Assembly: GCA_947074235.1 (NCBI GenBank)
Contig: CAMTOV010000001.1
Coordinates: 25,744-89,743, forward strand
Source of the DNA: an uncultured Bacteroides sp.
GTDB lineage: Bacteria > Bacteroidota > Bacteroidia > Bacteroidales > Bacteroidaceae
DNA: 64,000 nt
Reading direction: 5' to 3'
Below, piece after piece: positions 59,505-64,000 of this stretch (the stretch's first letter is position 1; every line of letters starts with the position of its first letter). A program made the translations under genes and the position numbers. The notes under the pieces were generated by a model. That model had not been told where the DNA came from. It saw only the letters and a program-made list of their open reading frames with translations, and made no database searches.

Positions 59505-61388
59505 ATGGAACAACTAAAGCACGAATGCGGCGTTGCGATGATACGCTTGCTGAAACCGCTAGAATATTACGAAGAAAAATATGGCACATGGATGTATGGC
59601 TTGAATAAACTCTATCTTTTGATGGAGAAGCAGCACAACCGTGGTCAAGAAGGAGCTGGATTGGCTTGCGTGAAACTTGAAGCAAATCCAGGTGAGGAAT
59701 ATATGTTCCGTGAACGTGCTCTAGGGTCTGGAGCAATTACTGAAATTTTCGCTGAAGTTCAAAAAAACTTTAAAGGTTTAAGCAAAGAGCATCTACACGA
59801 TGCAAATTATGCAAAACGTGTTTTACCTTTTGCCGGTGAAACATATATGGGGCATTTGCGCTATTCAACAACCGGAAAATCGGGAATATCTTATGTTCAC
59901 CCATTTTTAAGAAGAAACAACTGGAGAGCAAAAAACTTATCTCTATGTGGTAACTTCAATATGACAAATGTTGATGAGATATTTGCTCGTATTACTGCTA
60001 TCGGACAACATCCACGTAAGTATGCAGATACTTATATTATGCTCGAACAAATAGGTCACAGGCTAGACCGTGAAGTAGAGCGCTTGTTTAACCTAGCTGA
60101 GGCTGAAGGTAAAACAGGAATGGATATAACTCATTATATTGAAGATCAAATTGATTTAGCAAACGTGCTTCGCACTTCAAGCAAAGAGTGGGATGGGGGA
60201 TATGTGATTTGCGGTCTTACTGGTAGTGGAGAATCATTTTCTATACGCGACCCTTGGGGCATTCGCCCTGCTTTCTGGTATCAAGATGATGAAGTTGCTG
60301 TATTGGCTTCCGAACGTCCTGTGATACAAACTGCATTTAATGTTCCTCTTGAAGATATTAAAGAGTTGCAACCTGGTCAAGCTTTATTCATCAATAAAGC
60401 AGGTAAAGTGCGTACACAACAAATCATTAAACCTAAGGAAAGAAAAGCTTGCTCTTTTGAAAGAATTTATTTTTCTCGCGGTAGTGATGAGGATATATAT
60501 AAAGAGCGCAAGTTGCTTGGCGAAAAACTTATTCCACGTATTTTGAAGTCAATTAATAATGACCTAGACAATACTGTATTCTCATTCATACCTAATACTG
60601 CTGAAGTTGCATTTTATGGTATGCTAGAAGGATTGGATAACTATTTGAATCAAGAGAAGGTTAAAAAAATAGCTGAGCTGGGACATAATCCTAACTTAGA
60701 AGAACTGGAACATATTTTATCGCACCGCATCCGAAGTGAGAAGGTTGCAATTAAAGATATTAAACTGCGCACCTTTATTGCCGAAGGAAATAGCCGTAAT
60801 GATTTAGCTGCACACGTATATGATATTACATATGGTAGCTTAAAGGCTGGAGTAGACAATCTAGTAGTAATAGATGATAGTATTGTGCGAGGCACAACTT
60901 TAAAACAAAGTATTATCAGTATATTAGATAGGCTCGAACCAAAGAAAATCGTAATTGTCAGTTCATCACCTCAGGTTCGCTACCCCGATTATTATGGTAT
61001 TGACATGGCTAAGATGAGTGAATTTATTGCTTTTAAAGCTGCCATTGAGTTATTGAAAGAGCGCGATATGAAGGATGTGATTTCTGCCGCTTATCGCAAA
61101 TCAAAAGATCAGGTGGGTTTACCAAAAGAGCAAATGGTCAATTACGTAAAAGATATATATGCTCCATTTACCGATGAAGAGATATCGGAGAAGATGGTTC
61201 AATTATTAACACCTAAGGGCACAAAAGCGAAGGTTGAGATAGTGTATCAGCCGCTCGAGGGTCTCCATGAAGCTTGTCCCAATAATAAAGGCGACTGGTA
61301 TTTTAGTGGTGATTATCCTACGCCTGGTGGAGTTAAGTTATTAAACGAAGCTTTTATTAATTACATCGAGCAAGTATATCAATTCTAA
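59505..61388 (+). CDS. purF: Amidophosphoribosyltransferase (long Bacteroidetes type)
   Basis: Propeptide then HECG, QHNRGQEGAG, GHLRYST, CSFERIYFSR, VIDDSIVRGTT and YYGIDM. Confidence 0.9.
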   Translation: MEQLKHECGVAMIRLLKPLEYYEEKYGTWMYGLNKLYLLMEKQHNRGQEGAGLACVKLEANPGEEYMFRERALGSGAITEIFAEVQKNFKGLSKEHLHDANYAKRVLPFAGETYMGHLRYSTTGKSGISYVHPFLRRNNWRAKNLSLCGNFNMTNVDEIFARITAIGQHPRKYADTYIMLEQIGHRLDREVERLFNLAEAEGKTGMDITHYIEDQIDLANVLRTSSKEWDGGYVICGLTGSGESFSIRDPWGIRPAFWYQDDEVAVLASERPVIQTAFNVPLEDIKELQPGQALFINKAGKVRTQQIIKPKERKACSFERIYFSRGSDEDIYKERKLLGEKLIPRILKSINNDLDNTVFSFIPNTAEVAFYGMLEGLDNYLNQEKVKKIAELGHNPNLEELEHILSHRIRSEKVAIKDIKLRTFIAEGNSRNDLAAHVYDITYGSLKAGVDNLVVIDDSIVRGTTLKQSIISILDRLEPKKIVIVSSSPQVRYPDYYGIDMAKMSEFIAFKAAIELLKERDMKDVISAAYRKSKDQVGLPKEQMVNYVKDIYAPFTDEEISEKMVQLLTPKGTKAKVEIVYQPLEGLHEACPNNKGDWYFSGDYPTPGGVKLLNEAFINYIEQVYQF

Positions 61389-61404
61389 TTAATTTAATTA
61401 ATAT

Positions 61405-61486
61405 GTGTCAATATGCCTATGTACCAAACAACTTTCAATTATGTGAGTTTATTTATTGGTTCATTGGCATATTGTCACATTAGCAC
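61405..61486. repeat. Inverted array of GTGCCAAT-like octamers
   Basis: GTGTCAAT ATGCCTAT GTACCAAA … ATTGGTTC ATTGGCAT ATTGTCAC ATTAGCAC. Confidence 0.65.
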
Positions 61487-61500
61487 ATATATAGAAATAG

Positions 61501-62577
61501 ATGAGAAATGTAACTTTAATCCTTGACGACGGGAGCCGTTTTCATGGCAAGTCGTTTGGCTATGAGAAGCCGGTGGCAGGTGAAGTAGTTTTTAATACTG
61601 CCATGACAGGATATCCTGAGAGCTTAACTGACCCTTCTTATGCGGGTCAATTAATGGCGCTCACTTATCCGTTGGTAGGTAATTATGGTGTTCCAGCATT
61701 TACCTTCGAATCCAACGGGTTGGCTACATTTATGGAAAGTGGTAAAATTCATGCTGATGCTATCATTGTGAGCGATTATTCGGAGGAGTATAGCCACTGG
61801 AATGCTGTTGAAAGTTTAGCTGATTGGTTAAAGCGTGAGCAAGTTACCGGTATTACAGGCATTGATACACGTGAGTTGACAAAAGTTCTTCGCGAACATG
61901 GAGTGATGATGGGAAAAATCGTGTTTGATGATGAACCAGAAAATGTTCCTGAAGCTGCTTATGAAGGTATCAATTATGTAGATCGAGTTAGCTGCAAAGA
62001 GGTTATCCGTTACAATGAAGGCGAGGGCAAAAAGAAGGTTGTCTTAGTAGATTGCGGTGTGAAATCCAATATCATTCGCTGTTTGTTAAAGCGTGGCGTA
62101 GAGGTAATTCGCGTGCCTTGGAATTATGATTTCAATGAATTGGAATTCGATGGATTGTTTATTTCTAATGGTCCTGGCGATCCTGATACTTGTGATGCAG
62201 CAGTTCAGAATATCCGTAAGGCTATGCAAAACGAGAAACTTCCAATCTTTGGTATTTGTATGGGTAACCAATTGCTTTCAAAAGCAGGTGGTGCTAAGAT
62301 TTATAAATTGAAATATGGACATCGCAGCCACAACCAACCGGTAAGAATGGTAGGCACAAATCGTTGCTTTATTACTTCACAAAATCATGGTTATGCCGTA
62401 GATAATAACACATTGGGAACTGACTGGGAACCTTTGTTTATCAATATGAACGATGGCTCTAATGAGGGTATTCGTCATAAAAATAACCCTTGGTTTTCTG
62501 CACAGTTTCACCCCGAAGCTGCGAGTGGACCTACGGATACTGATTTCTTATTTGATGATTTTGTAAAATTGCTATAA
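61501..62577 (+). CDS. carA: Carbamoyl-phosphate synthase small subunit
   Basis: GEVVFNTAMTGY, TDPSY, SNGPGDP, GICMG, SQNHG and QFHPEA motifs. Confidence 0.97.
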   Translation: MRNVTLILDDGSRFHGKSFGYEKPVAGEVVFNTAMTGYPESLTDPSYAGQLMALTYPLVGNYGVPAFTFESNGLATFMESGKIHADAIIVSDYSEEYSHWNAVESLADWLKREQVTGITGIDTRELTKVLREHGVMMGKIVFDDEPENVPEAAYEGINYVDRVSCKEVIRYNEGEGKKKVVLVDCGVKSNIIRCLLKRGVEVIRVPWNYDFNELEFDGLFISNGPGDPDTCDAAVQNIRKAMQNEKLPIFGICMGNQLLSKAGGAKIYKLKYGHRSHNQPVRMVGTNRCFITSQNHGYAVDNNTLGTDWEPLFINMNDGSNEGIRHKNNPWFSAQFHPEAASGPTDTDFLFDDFVKLL

Positions 62578-62589
62578 TAACCAACCAAT

Positions 62590-64000
62590 ATGAAAGAAAA
62601 GAATATAAAGAAAGTATTATTGCTAGGTTCCGGTGCCTTAAAAATCGGTGAGGCTGGTGAATTTGATTACTCTGGTTCGCAAGCATTAAAAGCGTTGAAA
62701 GAAGAGGGTATTGAAACAATTCTGATCAATCCAAATATTGCTACTGTACAAACAAGCGAAGGTGTTGCAGATCAAATTTACTTTTTGCCTGTTACGGCTT
62801 ATTTTGTAGAAAAGGTTATTCAAAAAGAGCAACCTGATGGCATCATGTTGGCGTTTGGTGGACAAACTGCTTTGAACTGTGGTGTTGAATTATATAAAAC
62901 AGGTATTCTCGAAAAATATAATGTAAAAGTACTTGGTACTCCTGTTCAAGCTATTATTGATACTGAAGACCGCGAACTTTTCATTGAAAAGCTTAACGAG
63001 ATTGATGTAAAGACAATTAAGAGTGAAGCTGTAGAAAACGCTGTAGACGCTCGTCGTGCTGCAAAAGAGTTGGGCTATCCAGTGATTGTGCGTGCAGCTT
63101 ATGCCCTTGGAGGCTTGGGTTCTGGCTTTTGCGATAATGAAGAACAACTGAATACCTTGGTTGAAAAAGCCTTTGCTTTCTCTCCTCAAGTATTGGTTGA
63201 AAAATCTCTTCGTGGCTGGAAAGAAGTGGAATATGAAGTAGTGCGCGACCGTTTTGATAATTGTATTACTGTTTGTAATATGGAGAACTTCGACCCACTA
63301 GGCATACATACCGGTGAGTCTATCGTAATTGCTCCTTCTCAAACACTAACCAATCATGAGTATCACAAACTTCGCGAATTAGCAATTCGCATTATTCGCC
63401 ACATCGGTATCGTGGGCGAATGTAATGTGCAATATGCTTTCGATCCCGAGTCTGAAGATTATCGTGTGATTGAAGTGAATGCTCGTTTGAGCCGTTCGTC
63501 TGCTCTTGCGTCAAAAGCTACAGGATATCCCTTGGCTTTTGTTGCTGCTAAGCTAGGTTTGGGTTATGGACTGTTTGATTTGAACAACTCGGTAACTAAA
63601 ACTACAAGTGCTTTCTTCGAGCCTGCTCTCGACTATGTGGTATGTAAAATTCCTCGTTGGGACTTAGGTAAATTCCACGGAGTTGACAAAGAACTTGGTT
63701 CTTCAATGAAGTCGGTAGGAGAGGTGATGGCCATTGGTCGTACATTCGAGGAAGCTATTCAAAAAGGTCTTCGTATGATTGGTCAAGGAATGCACGGCTT
63801 TGTAGAAAACAAAGAACTTGTGATTGCCGATATAGATAAAGCTTTAAGAGAACCAACCGACAAACGTATCTTTGTTATCTCGAAAGCAATGCGTGCCGGC
63901 TATACTATCGATCAAATTCATGACTTAACCAAAATCGATAAATGGTTCTTGCAGAAGTTAATGAATATCATGAATACTTCTGAAGAGCTGCACAACTGGG
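62590..64000 (+). CDS. carB: Carbamoyl-phosphate synthase large subunit (3' truncated by window edge; absent from the ORF track)
   Basis: ATG at 62590 gives [31 protein letters not shown], followed by [35 protein letters not shown] and MKSVGEVM. Confidence 0.97.
   Translation, partial: MKEKNIKKVLLLGSGALKIGEAGEFDYSGSQALKALKEEGIETILINPNIATVQTSEGVADQIYFLPVTAYFVEKVIQKEQPDGIMLAFGGQTALNCGVELYKTGILEKYNVKVLGTPVQAIIDTEDRELFIEKLNEIDVKTIKSEAVENAVDARRAAKELGYPVIVRAAYALGGLGSGFCDNEEQLNTLVEKAFAFSPQVLVEKSLRGWKEVEYEVVRDRFDNCITVCNMENFDPLGIHTGESIVIAPSQTLTNHEYHKLRELAIRIIRHIGIVGECNVQYAFDPESEDYRVIEVNARLSRSSALASKATGYPLAFVAAKLGLGYGLFDLNNSVTKTTSAFFEPALDYVVCKIPRWDLGKFHGVDKELGSSMKSVGEVMAIGRTFEEAIQKGLRMIGQGMHGFVENKELVIADIDKALREPTDKRIFVISKAMRAGYTIDQIHDLTKIDKWFLQKLMNIMNTSEELHNW

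Overview
AT-rich, core-chromosome segment from a Bacteroidales organism, most likely Bacteroides or a close relative. This is supported by TAnnTTTG -7 promoter boxes, Bacteroides-type gene order, and a Bacteroidales-1/6S-like RNA after rplT. Gene content in order: PPi-PFK (5' truncated), GH25 lysozyme, prmA, a W/G- and Ser-rich secreted protein plus a FadL-type outer-membrane protein, a nucleoside deaminase, a 2-oxoacid:ferredoxin oxidoreductase (vor) operon with an unannotated 56-aa membrane ORF, rpiB-tkt, galK-MFS-galM, manA, a YtxH trio, a PAPS-synthesis/sulfotransferase operon (cysQ-SLC13-cysC-cysD-cysN-sulfotransferase-PCMD), ruvX-def-TPR, thrS-infC-rpmI-rplT, xpt-paaK-iorAB, mltG, tRNA-Thr(CGT), and a glutamine-amidotransferase supercluster (asnB-gltD-gltB / glmS-purF-carA-carB, 3' truncated). 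I saw no mobile element, prophage or CRISPR array. The most notable unexplained signal is non-coding: a 64-bp four-box palindromic array (ACATTTWA-N14-ACATTTWA-N4-TAGAATGT-N14-TAAAATGT) with identical geometry at 7178 and 49103, plus a degenerate copy at 31220. Other signals are inverted arrays of a GTGCCAAT-like octamer in two operon junctions, a candidate sRNA, and a shared ECF-like promoter motif upstream of three stress-type genes. All calls are by eye, with no database searches.
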